Below are positions 1 to 11,558 of a DNA stretch of 64,000 bases, in pieces. Every line of letters starts with the position of its first letter. Position 1 is the first letter of the stretch. Under the pieces are notes generated by a model. The model was not told where the DNA came from. It saw nothing but the letters and a program-made list of their open reading frames with translations, and searched no databases. Location: sequence record OR525702.1; one strand, 5' to 3'. Source of the stretch: Escherichia phage vB-Eco-KMB23. Both the position numbers and the translations under genes were made by a program.

Positions 1-433
<433 letters not shown>

Positions 434-461
434 TATTAAAGCATATTAAAGAGGATTAAAA

Positions 462-2568
462 ATGACTTTATTATCTCCGGGCATTGAGCTCAAAGAAACT
501 ACGGTTCAAAGCACCGTGGTTAATAACTCTACTGGTACAGCAGCTTTGGCCGGTAAATTCCAGTGGGGTCCTGCTTTTCAAATTAAACAGGTTACAAATG
601 AAGTAGATTTAGTTAATACTTTTGGTCAACCTACAGCTGAAACTGCTGACTATTTTATGTCTGCAATGAATTTCTTACAATACGGAAATGATTTGCGAGT
701 TGTGCGTGCTGTCGATAGAGATACCGCTAAAAACTCATCTCCGATTGCCGGTAATATTGAATACACTATTTCTACCCCAGGTAGTAACTACGCGGTTGGA
801 GATAAAATCACTGTTAAGTATGTTTCAGAAGATGTTGAAACAGAAGGTAAAATTACTGAAGTAGATGCTGATGGAAAAATTAAGAAAATTAATATTCCTA
901 CCGCAAAAATTATCGCTAAAGCGAAAGAAGTAGGCGAATATCCAGCATTAGGTTCTAACTGGACTGCGGAAATTTCTTCGTCTTCCTCTGGTTTAGCTGC
1001 AGTAATAACTCTTGGGAAAATTATTACTGATTCTGGTATTTTATTAGCTGAAATTGAAAATGCCGAAGCTGCTATGACAGCTGTTGACTTTCAGGCAAAT
1101 CTCGAAAAATATGGAATTCCAGGAGTAGTAGCTCTTTATCCAGGCGAGTTGGGCGATAAAATCGAAATTGAAATCGTATCTAAAGCTGACTACGCAAAAG
1201 GTGCTTCTGCATTACTCCCAATTTATCCAGGTGGCGGAACACGCGCATCTACTGCCAAAGCAGTGTTTGGATATGGACCACAAACTGATTCACAATACGC
1301 TATTATAGTTCGTCGCAATGATGCTATTGTTCAAAGCGTTGTTCTTTCAACAAAGCGTGGTGAAAAAGATATTTACGATAGTAACATCTATATTGATGAC
1401 TTTTTCGCAAAAGGTGGTTCAGAATATATTTTCGCAACTGCACAAAACTGGCCAGAAGGCTTCTCTGGAATTTTAACTCTGTCTGGTGGATTATCATCAA
1501 ATGCTGAAGTAACAGCAGGAGATTTGATGGAAGCTTGGGACTTCTTTGCTGACCGTGAATCTGTTGATGTTCAGTTGTTTATTGCGGGTTCTTGCGCCGG
1601 CGAATCTTTAGAAACAGCATCTACTGTCCAAAAACACGTCGTTTCAATTGGGGATGCTCGCCAAGATTGCTTAGTACTGTGCTCACCACCGCGTGAAACT
1701 GTAGTTGGAATTCCTGTAACTCGTGCTGTTGATAACTTAGTCAATTGGAGAACTGCAGAAACACGTCGTTTCAATTGGGGATGCTCGCCAAGATTGCTTA
1801 GTACTGTGCTCACCACCGCGTGAAACTGTAGTTGGAATTCCTGTAACTCGTGCTGTTGATAACTTAGTCAATTGGAGAACTGCAGCAGGTTCATACACTG
1901 ATAATAACTTTAATATCAGTTCAACCTACGCAGCAATTGATGGTAACTACAAGTATCAGTATGACAAATATAATGATGTGAATCGTTGGGTTCCATTAGC
2001 AGCTGATATTGCTGGTTTATGCGCGAGAACAGATAACGTTTCTCAGACTTGGATGTCTCCAGCTGGTTATAATCGCGGCCAAATTTTGAACGTTATTAAA
2101 CTTGCTATTGAAACTCGCCAGGCGCAGCGCGATCGTTTATACCAAGAAGCTATCAACCCAGTAACTGGCACAGGTGGTGATGGTTACGTATTGTATGGTG
2201 ATAAAACAGCTACTTCTGTTCCTTCTCCATTTGATCGTATTAACGTTCGTCGTCTGTTTAATATGTTGAAAACGAATATCGGACGTAGTTCAAAATATCG
2301 TTTGTTCGAATTAAACAACGCGTTTACTCGTTCATCGTTCCGCACAGAAACTTCCCAGTACTTGCAGGGAATTAAAGCTCTCGGTGGAATTTATGAATAT
2401 CGTGTAGTTTGCGATACAACAAATAACACTCCGTCAGTAATTGATAGAAATGAGTTTGTTGCAACATTCTACATCCAACCGGCTAGAAGCATTAACTACA
2501 TTACCTTAAACTTCGTAGCAACTGCTACTGGTGCAGATTTCGATGAGTTAACTGGTCTTGCAGGTTAA
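462..2568 (+). pseudogene. 18: tail sheath protein gene, frame broken by a 127-bp tandem duplication (track ORFs 462..1823 and 1978..2568 are its two parts)
   Basis: N-terminus MTLLSPGIELKETTVQ is gp18-like; frame 0 stops at 1821-1823 inside second repeat copy; authentic sequence continues in frame +1; 2107 nt minus 127 = 1980 nt = 659 codons + stop. Confidence 0.85.
1632..1885 (+). repeat. perfect direct tandem duplication, 2 x 127 bp (1632..1758 and 1759..1885)
   Basis: Base-by-base identity at offset 127 across the whole unit; mismatch immediately outside both ends. Confidence 0.95.
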
Positions 2569-2584
2569 TACGGTGCATTCTAAA

Positions 2585-2602
2585 GGCCTGTTTCGGCAGG
2601 CC
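2585..2602 (+). terminator. stem-loop downstream of gene 18
   Basis: GGCCTG-tttcgg-CAGGCC inverted repeat just after stop 2566-2568. Confidence 0.5.
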
Positions 2603-2603
2603 A

Positions 2604-2611
2604 TATAAATA
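2604..2611 (+). promoter_or_regulatory. late promoter motif TATAAATA (upstream copy for gene 19)
   Basis: Exact TATAAATA. Confidence 0.6.
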
Positions 2612-2662
2612 CACTATATCCTTAATTCTTTAATTCTATATGCCCTAGGTTAAACATAGGGA

Positions 2663-2670
2663 TATAAATA
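2663..2670 (+). promoter_or_regulatory. late promoter motif TATAAATA (proximal, gene 19)
   Basis: Exact TATAAATA 15 bp upstream of ATG 2685. Confidence 0.65.
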
Positions 2671-2684
2671 CTACAGAGGCTAAT

Positions 2685-3176
2685 ATGTTTGTAGATGATG
2701 TAACACGAGCGTTTGAATCTGGTGATTTTGCTCGACCTAACTTATTCCAAGTAGAAATTTCTTATCTTGGACAAAATTTTACGTTTCAATGTAAAGCCAC
2801 TGCTTTACCAGCTGGTATTGTAGAAAAAATTCCAGTCGGATTCATGAACCGTAAAATTAACGTAGCAGGCGATCGTACATTCGATGACTGGACTGTTACA
2901 GTAATGAACGATGAGGCACATGATGCTCGCCAGAAGTTTGTTGATTGGCAAAGCATTGCTGCTGGGCAAGGGAACGAAATTACTGGTGGAAAACCAGCAG
3001 AGTATAAAAAGAGCGCTGTTGTTCGCCAATATGCTCGTGACGCTAAAACTGTAACAAAAGAAGTCGAAATTAAAGGCCTGTGGCCTACTAACGTGGGTGA
3101 ACTTCAATTAGATTGGGATTCAAACAATGAAATCCAAACCTTTGAAGTAACTCTCGCTCTCGATTATTGGGAATAA
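2685..3176 (+). CDS. 19: tail tube protein
   Basis: 163 aa, matches T4 gp19 length and sequence from memory. Confidence 0.9.
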   Translation: MFVDDVTRAFESGDFARPNLFQVEISYLGQNFTFQCKATALPAGIVEKIPVGFMNRKINVAGDRTFDDWTVTVMNDEAHDARQKFVDWQSIAAGQGNEITGGKPAEYKKSAVVRQYARDAKTVTKEVEIKGLWPTNVGELQLDWDSNNEIQTFEVTLALDYWE

Positions 3177-3181
3177 AATGA

Positions 3182-4833
<1,652 letters not shown>

Positions 4834-4834
<1 letters not shown>

Positions 4835-5091
4835 TGGAAGGTTTAATTGAAGCTATTAAATCAAACGACCTCGTAGCCGCTCGTAAATTCTTTGCTGAAG
4901 CCATGGCTGCAAGAACGATTGATTTAATTAAAGAAGAAAAAATCGCTATCGCTCGTAATTTCTTAATCGAAGGTGAAGAACCTGATGATGAGGATGACGA
5001 AGACGAGGATGATGACGAAGATAGCGATGATAAAGACGACAAAAAAGACAAAGACTCTGGCGAAGATGACGAAGACGAGGATGATGAATAA
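4834..5091 (+). CDS. 67: prohead core protein with acidic C-terminal tail
   Basis: 85 aa; N-terminus [20 protein letters not shown] as T4 gp67; Asp/Glu-rich tail. Confidence 0.85.
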
Positions 5092-5516
5092 TGCTTCTGA
5101 TCCCTGAAACTCATGAATTAGTTCTCGAGAATGTCGAAGCACTTATTCCTGAAGCACAGGGTCGCTTTGACGAATTGTCTTCTGCTTTAAATAAAGACGA
5201 TATAAATACAATTGTCGAGAATATGCTTGATGATGAAACTGATTTAGCAATTGCATTAGCTTCTATTAATGAAGATATGCCGCTAAATGAATTCATCGTT
5301 AAACATGTTTCTGCTCGTGGTGAAATTACACGTACCAAAGACCGCAAAACGCGTGAACGTAATGCATTTCAAACCACCGGGCTGTCTAAAGCAAAACGTA
5401 GACAAATTGCTCGCAAAGCTACCAAAACGAAGATTGCCAACCCAGCAGGTCAATCTCGTGCTCAGCGTAAGCGTAAAAAAGCTCTTAAACGCCGTAAAGC
5501 ATTAGGATTAAGCTAA
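5091..5516 (+). CDS. 68: prohead core protein
   Basis: 141 aa, position and length as T4 gp68. Confidence 0.85.
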   Translation: MLLIPETHELVLENVEALIPEAQGRFDELSSALNKDDINTIVENMLDDETDLAIALASINEDMPLNEFIVKHVSARGEITRTKDRKTRERNAFQTTGLSKAKRRQIARKATKTKIANPAGQSRAQRKRKKALKRRKALGLS

Positions 5517-6154
5517 TGAATGAACCCCAATTACTAATTGAAACTTGGGGTCAACCTGGCGAAATTATTGATGGCGTGCCAATGCTTGAATCTCATGATG
5601 GAAAAGACCTAGGTTTAAAACCCGGTTTATACATCGAAGGAATATTCATGCAAGCGGAAGTCGTCAATAGAAATAAACGTCTTTATCCAAAACGCATATT
5701 AGAAAAAGCGGTAAAAGACTATATCAATGAGCAAGTTTTAACTAAACAAGCTCTCGGAGAATTAAATCATCCTCCACGCGCTAATGTTGACCCGATGCAA
5801 GCCGCTATCATTATAGAAGATATGTGGTGGAAAGGAAATGACGTATACGGACGAGCTCGTGTTATTGAAGGTGACCATGGTCCTGGAGATAAATTAGCAG
5901 CTAATATTCGTGCCGGATGGATTCCAGGAGTTTCTTCTCGTGGATTAGGTTCATTGACTGACACAAATAAAGGTTATCGTATCGTAAACGAAGGATTCAA
6001 ATTAACTGTAGGTGTTGATGCAGTATGGGGTCCAAGTGCTCCAGATGCATGGGTAACTCCTAAGGAAATTACCGAATCACAGACGGCGGAAGCCGATACA
6101 AGTGCCGATGACGCCTATATGGCTCTCGCAGAGGCCATGAAAAAAGCGTTATAA
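5516..6154 (+). CDS. 21: prohead core protease
   Basis: 212 aa, matches T4 gp21. Confidence 0.9.
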   Translation: MNEPQLLIETWGQPGEIIDGVPMLESHDGKDLGLKPGLYIEGIFMQAEVVNRNKRLYPKRILEKAVKDYINEQVLTKQALGELNHPPRANVDPMQAAIIIEDMWWKGNDVYGRARVIEGDHGPGDKLAANIRAGWIPGVSSRGLGSLTDTNKGYRIVNEGFKLTVGVDAVWGPSAPDAWVTPKEITESQTAEADTSADDAYMALAEAMKKAL

Positions 6155-6157
6155 ATA
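6150..6157 (+). promoter_or_regulatory. late promoter motif TATAAATA for gene 22
   Basis: Exact TATAAATA overlapping gene 21 stop, 28 bp upstream of ATG 6185. Confidence 0.6.
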
Positions 6158-6184
6158 TTATTATCTAAACAACAGGACTACAAA

Positions 6185-6994
6185 ATGCTTAAAGAACAAC
6201 TGATTGCTGAAGCGCAAAAAATTGATGCTTCCGTTGCTCTTGATAGTATTTTCGAATCAGTTAATATTTCTCCGGAAGCAAAAGAAACTTTCGGCACTGT
6301 ATTCGAAGCTACCGTCAAGCAGCACGCCGTTAAATTAGCTGAATCTCATATCGCTAAAATTGCTGAAAAAGCAGAAGAAGAAGTAGAAAAAAATAAAGAA
6401 GAAGCCGAAGAAAAAGCTGAGAAGAAAATCGCTGAGCAAGCTTCTAAATTCATCGACCATCTTGCAAAAGAATGGCTCGCTGAAAATAAATTAGCAGTTG
6501 ATAAAGGCATCAAAGCCGAACTGTTTGAATCCATGCTTGGTGGATTAAAAGAGCTCTTTGTTGAACACAACGTTGTTGTTCCAGAAGAATCAGTTGATGT
6601 TGTAGCTGAAATGGAAGAAGAGCTGCAAGAACATAAAGAAGAATCAGCTCGTCTGTTCGAAGAACTCAATATGCGCGACGCATATATCAATTATGTGCAG
6701 CGTGAAGTGGCATTGAGCGAAAGTACTAAAGATCTGACTGAGTCTCAAAAAGAAAAAGTCTCTGCTCTGGTCGAAGGTATGGATTATTCAGATGCATTCT
6801 CAAGTAAATTGAGTGCCATCGTAGAAATGGTGAAGAAGTCTAATAAAGATGAAAGCACTATTACTGAGGGTATAAATACTCCTGATACTGAAGCAGCCGG
6901 ACTGAATTTCGTCACTGAAGCTGTAGAAGATAAAGCTGCACCTGGTGCAGAAGATATTGTAAGTGTATATGCGAAAGTCGCATCTCGTTTCTAA
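6185..6994 (+). CDS. 22: prohead core scaffold protein
   Basis: 269 aa, Glu/Lys-rich coiled-coil composition, position as T4 gp22. Confidence 0.9.
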   Translation: MLKEQLIAEAQKIDASVALDSIFESVNISPEAKETFGTVFEATVKQHAVKLAESHIAKIAEKAEEEVEKNKEEAEEKAEKKIAEQASKFIDHLAKEWLAENKLAVDKGIKAELFESMLGGLKELFVEHNVVVPEESVDVVAEMEEELQEHKEESARLFEELNMRDAYINYVQREVALSESTKDLTESQKEKVSALVEGMDYSDAFSSKLSAIVEMVKKSNKDESTITEGINTPDTEAAGLNFVTEAVEDKAAPGAEDIVSVYAKVASRF

Positions 6995-7012
6995 TTTTAA
7001 AGGTTAACACAA

Positions 7013-8578
7013 ATGACTATCAAAACTAAAGCTGAACTTTTGAACAAATGGAAGCCATTACTGGAAGGTGAAGGTTTACCGGAAATTGCTAATAGCAAAC
7101 AAGCGATTATCGCTAAAATCTTTGAAAACCAGGAAAAAGATTTCCAGACAGCTCCAGAATACAAAGACGAAAAAATCGCTCAGGCGTTCGGTTCTTTCTT
7201 AACAGAAGCTGAAATCGGTGGTGACCACGGTTACAACGCTACTAACATCGCTGCTGGTCAGACTTCTGGCGCAGTAACTCAGATTGGCCCAGCTGTTATG
7301 GGTATGGTACGTCGTGCTATTCCTAACCTGATTGCTTTCGATATTTGCGGTGTTCAGCCGATGAACAGCCCGACTGGCCAGGTATTCGCACTGCGTGCAG
7401 TATATGGTAAAGACCCAATCGCTGCTGGTGCTAAAGAAGCATTCCACCCAATGTATGGTCCAGATGCAATGTTCTCTGGTCAGGGTGCTGCTAAGAAATT
7501 CCCAGCTCTGGCTGCTAGTACACAAACCGTTGTGGGTGATATCTATACTCACTTCTTCCAGGAAACTGGTACTGTGTATCTGCAAGCTTCCGCTGTAGTA
7601 ACAATCGATGCTAGTGCTAACGATGCAACTAAACTGGATGCTGAAATTAAGAAACAAATGGAAGCTGGCGTACTGGTAGAAATCGCTGAAGGTATGGCTA
7701 CTTCTATCGCTGAACTTCAGGAAGGTTTCAACGGTTCTACCGATAACCCATGGAATGAAATGGGCTTCCGTATCGATAAACAAGTTATTGAAGCTAAATC
7801 TCGTCAGCTGAAAGCTGCTTACTCTATCGAATTAGCACAAGACCTCCGCGCTGTTCACGGTATGGATGCTGATGCTGAACTGTCTGGTATTCTGGCTACC
7901 GAAATCATGCTGGAAATCAACCGTGAAGTTGTTGATTGGATTAACTACTCAGCTCAGGTTGGTAAATCTGGTATGACCCTGACTCCGGGTTCTAAAGCTG
8001 GTGTATTTGACTTCCAGGATCCGATTGATATTCGTGGTGCTCGCTGGGCGGGTGAATCCTTTAAAGCTCTGTTGTTCCAGATTGACAAAGAAGCAGTTGA
8101 AATTGCTCGTCAGACCGGTCGTGGTGAAGGTAACTTCATTATCGCTTCCCGTAACGTAGTTAACGTTCTGGCTTCAGTTGATACTGGCATTTCTTATGCT
8201 GCACAGGGTCTGGCTACCGGCTTTAACACTGATACTACCAAGTCAGTATTTGCTGGTGTTCTGGGTGGTAAATACCGTGTATATATCGACCAGTATGCTA
8301 AACAGGATTATTTCACTGTAGGTTATAAAGGTCCGAACGAAATGGATGCTGGTATTTACTATGCTCCATATGTAGCTCTGACTCCGCTGCGTGGTTCCGA
8401 TCCGAAGAACTTCCAACCGGTAATGGGATTCAAAACTCGTTACGGTATCGGTATCAACCCATTTGCGGAATCCGCTGCTCAGGCTCCGGCTTCTCGCATC
8501 CAGAGCGGTATGCCTTCTATTCTGAATAGCCTTGGTAAAAACGCTTACTTCCGCCGTGTATATGTTAAAGGTATCTAA
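7013..8578 (+). CDS. 23: major capsid protein
   Basis: 521 aa; MTIKTKAELLNKWKPLLEGEG matches T4 gp23. Confidence 0.95.
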   Translation: MTIKTKAELLNKWKPLLEGEGLPEIANSKQAIIAKIFENQEKDFQTAPEYKDEKIAQAFGSFLTEAEIGGDHGYNATNIAAGQTSGAVTQIGPAVMGMVRRAIPNLIAFDICGVQPMNSPTGQVFALRAVYGKDPIAAGAKEAFHPMYGPDAMFSGQGAAKKFPALAASTQTVVGDIYTHFFQETGTVYLQASAVVTIDASANDATKLDAEIKKQMEAGVLVEIAEGMATSIAELQEGFNGSTDNPWNEMGFRIDKQVIEAKSRQLKAAYSIELAQDLRAVHGMDADAELSGILATEIMLEINREVVDWINYSAQVGKSGMTLTPGSKAGVFDFQDPIDIRGARWAGESFKALLFQIDKEAVEIARQTGRGEGNFIIASRNVVNVLASVDTGISYAAQGLATGFNTDTTKSVFAGVLGGKYRVYIDQYAKQDYFTVGYKGPNEMDAGIYYAPYVALTPLRGSDPKNFQPVMGFKTRYGIGINPFAESAAQAPASRIQSGMPSILNSLGKNAYFRRVYVKGI

Positions 8579-8593
8579 TCTTTGACGATTTAA

Positions 8594-8609
8594 GGGACCT
8601 TCGGGTCCC
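8594..8609 (+). terminator. GC-rich hairpin with UUCG loop after gene 23
   Basis: GGGACC-ttcg-GGTCCC followed by T-run. Confidence 0.7.
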
Positions 8610-8626
8610 TTTAGTTGTTTTTATGG

Positions 8627-8634
8627 TATAAATA
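8627..8634 (+). promoter_or_regulatory. late promoter motif TATAAATA for gene 24
   Basis: Exact TATAAATA 28 bp upstream of ATG 8662. Confidence 0.65.
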
Positions 8635-8661
8635 AATCATATAAACCAAAAGGAAAGCGCA

Positions 8662-9945
8662 ATGGCTAAAATCAACGAACTTCTGCGCGAATCAACCACA
8701 ACGAATAGCAACTCAATCGGTCGCCCAAATCTCGTTGCTTTGACTCGCGCTACCACTAAATTAATATATTCTGACATTGTAGCAACGCAAAGAACTAATC
8801 AACCTGTTGCTGCTTTTTATGGTATCAAATACCTTAACCCGGATAACGAATTTACATTTAAAACTGGTGCTACTTACGCTGGCGAAGCTGGATACGTAGA
8901 CCGAGAACAAATCACAGAATTAACAGAAGAGTCTAAATTAACTCTCAATAAAGGCGATTTATTCAAATATAATAATATCGTTTATAAAGTATTAGAAAAT
9001 ACACCATTTGCTGATATTGAAGAAAGTGATTTAGAATTAGCTCTTCAGATTGCAATTGTTCTTTTAAAGGTTCGTCTATTTTCTGATGCTGCAGTAACAA
9101 GCAAATTTGAAAGCTCTGATAGTGAAATTGCGGATGCTAGATTCCAGATTAATAAATGGCAAACCGCAGTTAAATCTCGTAAACTTAAAACTGGCATCAC
9201 AGTTGAATTAGCACAAGATTTAGAAGCAAACGGATTCGATGCTCCTAATTTCTTGGAAGATTTGCTTGCAACTGAAATGGCGGATGAAATCAATAAAGAT
9301 ATTCTGCAGTCTTTGATTACAGTGTCAAAACGCTATAAAGTTACAGGAATTACTGATACTGGATTCATTGATTTGAGTTATGCATCTGCCCCTGAAGCTG
9401 GTCGTTCATTATACCGAATGGTGTGTGAAATGGTTTCACATATCCAGAAAGAATCAACTTATACAGCAACGTTCTGTGTTGCTTCAGCTCGTGCCGCTGC
9501 GATTCTTGCTGCATCAGGTTGGTTAAAACATAAACCGGAAGATGATAAATATCTTTCACAAAATGCCTACGGGTTCTTAGCTAATGGTTTACCGCTTTAT
9601 TGCGATACCAACAGCCCATTAGATTATGTAATCGTTGGCGTAGTAGAAAATATCGGTGAAAAAGAAATTGTTGGATCAATTTTCTATGCTCCGTATACAG
9701 AAGGTCTTGACTTAGATGACCCTGAACATGTAGGTGCATTTAAAGTTGTAGTTGATCCAGAAAGTTTGCAGCCATCTATCGGTTTATTAGTTAGATATGC
9801 TTTATCTGCAAATCCTTACACTGTAGCAAAAGATGAAAAAGAAGCAAGAATAATTGATGGTGGAGACATGGATAAAATGGCGGGTCGTTCAGATTTGTCT
9901 GTTTTATTAGGTGTTAAGCTACCAAAAATTATCATTGATGAATAA
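8662..9945 (+). CDS. 24: head vertex protein
   Basis: 427 aa, matches T4 gp24. Confidence 0.9.
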   Translation: MAKINELLRESTTTNSNSIGRPNLVALTRATTKLIYSDIVATQRTNQPVAAFYGIKYLNPDNEFTFKTGATYAGEAGYVDREQITELTEESKLTLNKGDLFKYNNIVYKVLENTPFADIEESDLELALQIAIVLLKVRLFSDAAVTSKFESSDSEIADARFQINKWQTAVKSRKLKTGITVELAQDLEANGFDAPNFLEDLLATEMADEINKDILQSLITVSKRYKVTGITDTGFIDLSYASAPEAGRSLYRMVCEMVSHIQKESTYTATFCVASARAAAILAASGWLKHKPEDDKYLSQNAYGFLANGLPLYCDTNSPLDYVIVGVVENIGEKEIVGSIFYAPYTEGLDLDDPEHVGAFKVVVDPESLQPSIGLLVRYALSANPYTVAKDEKEARIIDGGDMDKMAGRSDLSVLLGVKLPKIIIDE

Positions 9946-9951
9946 AACAAA

Positions 9952-9967
9952 GGGACCTTTCGGTCCC
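9952..9967. terminator. bidirectional hairpin between converging genes 24 and rnlB
   Basis: GGGACC-tttc-GGTCCC flanked by A-run and T-run. Confidence 0.7.
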
Positions 9968-9974
9968 TTTTTAT

Positions 9975-10979
9975 TTAACTTACCAATTCAATCCAAGCCG
10001 GACGAAGTACATCTTGTACCATTTTAACTAATTCCTTTTTAATCAAAGAAGGATTATCCGCTTGAGTTAGAGTAATACCTTCACGAGAAGTTTCTTCCAA
10101 AATATCTTGAACAGTTAGTCCCATCACCTTTCCAAAATCTTTTGGACCAATTTCGCCAATTTTAGAAATAACGTTATTTACTCGGTTCAGTGTAACATAA
10201 CAAGCTAAAATTCCCAGCAATTTATTATCAGCTTCTGACAACTCAACTTTAGCTTTAATAGGCTTATCAGACTTTTTCTTTTCACTAAATTTAGAGTTCT
10301 TGCATTTGATGGCTACACGATTGCGATTAGGCAGCCAAGAAGGATAACAAGGTTTCAATACATATCCTTCAGCAGTAAATACTTCGCCTTTTGCTTCAGC
10401 ATTCCAAACGCATTTATTTGCATCAACTAATCCAGCATGGTCTACTGTAAAATTATAATCTTGGACGACAGAATCTAAATCATTTGGCAATTTAATAAGT
10501 TCTTCAAATTTACCGCGACCTAAAAGTGGAGCCATTTTAAATTTAAATGTATTACAAAATGATTCCATCATATAATCATCGACATAAGTTACATCACCAC
10601 TTTCTGTAGTAACAATAATGTCAAATACATAAAAATCTTTATCGCCATAATCGACATTCTTCTGAATGCCAGGTCCAGCGAATTCGCCAAAAACTTGATA
10701 AGATACAACCGCTGAAGTTTCCATAATATCTTGTACTGCTTTAATAGAATCAGCGTAATTCTTTAAAATAATTTCATACCCAAAGAAATCTTCAGCAGGA
10801 AGAATAGGACCAGTTCGTTTAGCACAAGTTACTTTATCACGCTCAATAATCAATGAGAAATTTGTGCCATGAATCTTTTCACGAGCTACCCATTCGCCGC
10901 CAGTCAATCCTAAACTGTAAAGTTTTTCAATGAATTTAGAATTGTAATGATTTTCAAGACTGCTATACTTTTTAAACAT
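9975..10979 (-). CDS. rnlB: RNA ligase 2
   Basis: 334 aa; [16 protein letters not shown] and KIHGTN lysine motif as T4 Rnl2. Confidence 0.9.
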   Translation of the reverse strand: MFKKYSSLENHYNSKFIEKLYSLGLTGGEWVAREKIHGTNFSLIIERDKVTCAKRTGPILPAEDFFGYEIILKNYADSIKAVQDIMETSAVVSYQVFGEFAGPGIQKNVDYGDKDFYVFDIIVTTESGDVTYVDDYMMESFCNTFKFKMAPLLGRGKFEELIKLPNDLDSVVQDYNFTVDHAGLVDANKCVWNAEAKGEVFTAEGYVLKPCYPSWLPNRNRVAIKCKNSKFSEKKKSDKPIKAKVELSEADNKLLGILACYVTLNRVNNVISKIGEIGPKDFGKVMGLTVQDILEETSREGITLTQADNPSLIKKELVKMVQDVLRPAWIELVS

Positions 10980-10988
10980 AATTAATCC

Positions 10989-11267
10989 TCAAAATGTAAT
11001 TTCTAACCAATCACCATCACGCTGATCACTATTGACTTTAAAGCTAAATCCTTCTTTTCTCAGCCAATCACCAATTTCTTCAGTAATCAATTTATCGCGA
11101 GCAGTACAATAATAACTAAAATATGTTTTACCTTGTTCAGCTGCTTTATTAGCAAGTTCCGAAAAATCTTTAATAAAACACTCTAGCTTAAACTGTTTAC
11201 TTTTAAGTGCTTTTTCACGTAATTGATTAGCAAAAGATTCATTTTCATAAAGATCATACTGTTCCAT
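10989..11267 (-). CDS. hypothetical protein (position of T4 24.2)
   Basis: 92-aa ORF, ATG start, operon context. Confidence 0.6.
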   Translation of the reverse strand: MEQYDLYENESFANQLREKALKSKQFKLECFIKDFSELANKAAEQGKTYFSYYCTARDKLITEEIGDWLRKEGFSFKVNSDQRDGDWLEITF

Positions 11268-11469
11268 TTTTCACCTTTTTATTAATATGCCTTTTTCTAT
11301 AGACAACTTTTTCTCGAGTTTCAAATTTATTCTTAGCAGTCATAGCTCGAGCCCATAATACAGCCACTTCCTTTGCCTGTAAGTTCAATTCACGAGCAAT
11401 TTCAATGAATGACTTTCCAGACTCATGAAGAGTAAACACCACAACCTCAGTTCTCATAATCAATCTCAT
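11254..11469 (-). CDS. hypothetical protein (position of T4 24.3)
   Basis: 71-aa ORF, ATG start. Confidence 0.55.
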   Translation of the reverse strand: MRLIMRTEVVVFTLHESGKSFIEIARELNLQAKEVAVLWARAMTAKNKFETREKVVYRKRHINKKVKNGTV

Positions 11470-11538
11470 GTTATCGAGTTGGTGCCATTATATACATCAT
11501 TTTCTGAGTGTGTTTTGTGTGCTTTCAAAATGAAGAAA

Positions 11539-11552
11539 GGGGCCGAAGCCCC
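11539..11552 (-). terminator. hairpin downstream of hoc
   Basis: GGGGC-cgaa-GCCCC immediately 3' of hoc stop. Confidence 0.6.
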
Positions 11553-11558
11553 TTATGA

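Noticed and set aside
1571-1816. 81-aa minus-strand ORF overlapping the gene 18 duplication
   Set aside because: Antisense to the tail sheath gene and created partly by the duplicated segment; no SD or promoter.
1632-1885. Programmed ribosomal frameshift as an explanation for the gene 18 frame break
   Set aside because: The break coincides exactly with a perfect 127-bp duplication, there is no slippery heptamer or downstream pseudoknot, and removing one copy restores the canonical 659-codon gene; a mutation or artefact is far more parsimonious.
4960-5088. Acidic Asp/Glu run in gp67 as a possible repeat expansion
   Set aside because: Low-complexity acidic tails are normal for prohead core proteins; the length difference from my recalled T4 value (85 versus 80 aa) is within what I can misremember.
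7199-7783. 194-aa minus-strand ORF inside gene 23 (and similar antisense ORFs at 6346..6690, 2805..3107, 4366..4557)
   Set aside because: Embedded antisense in well-supported structural genes, no translation signals; expected by chance in long ORFs.
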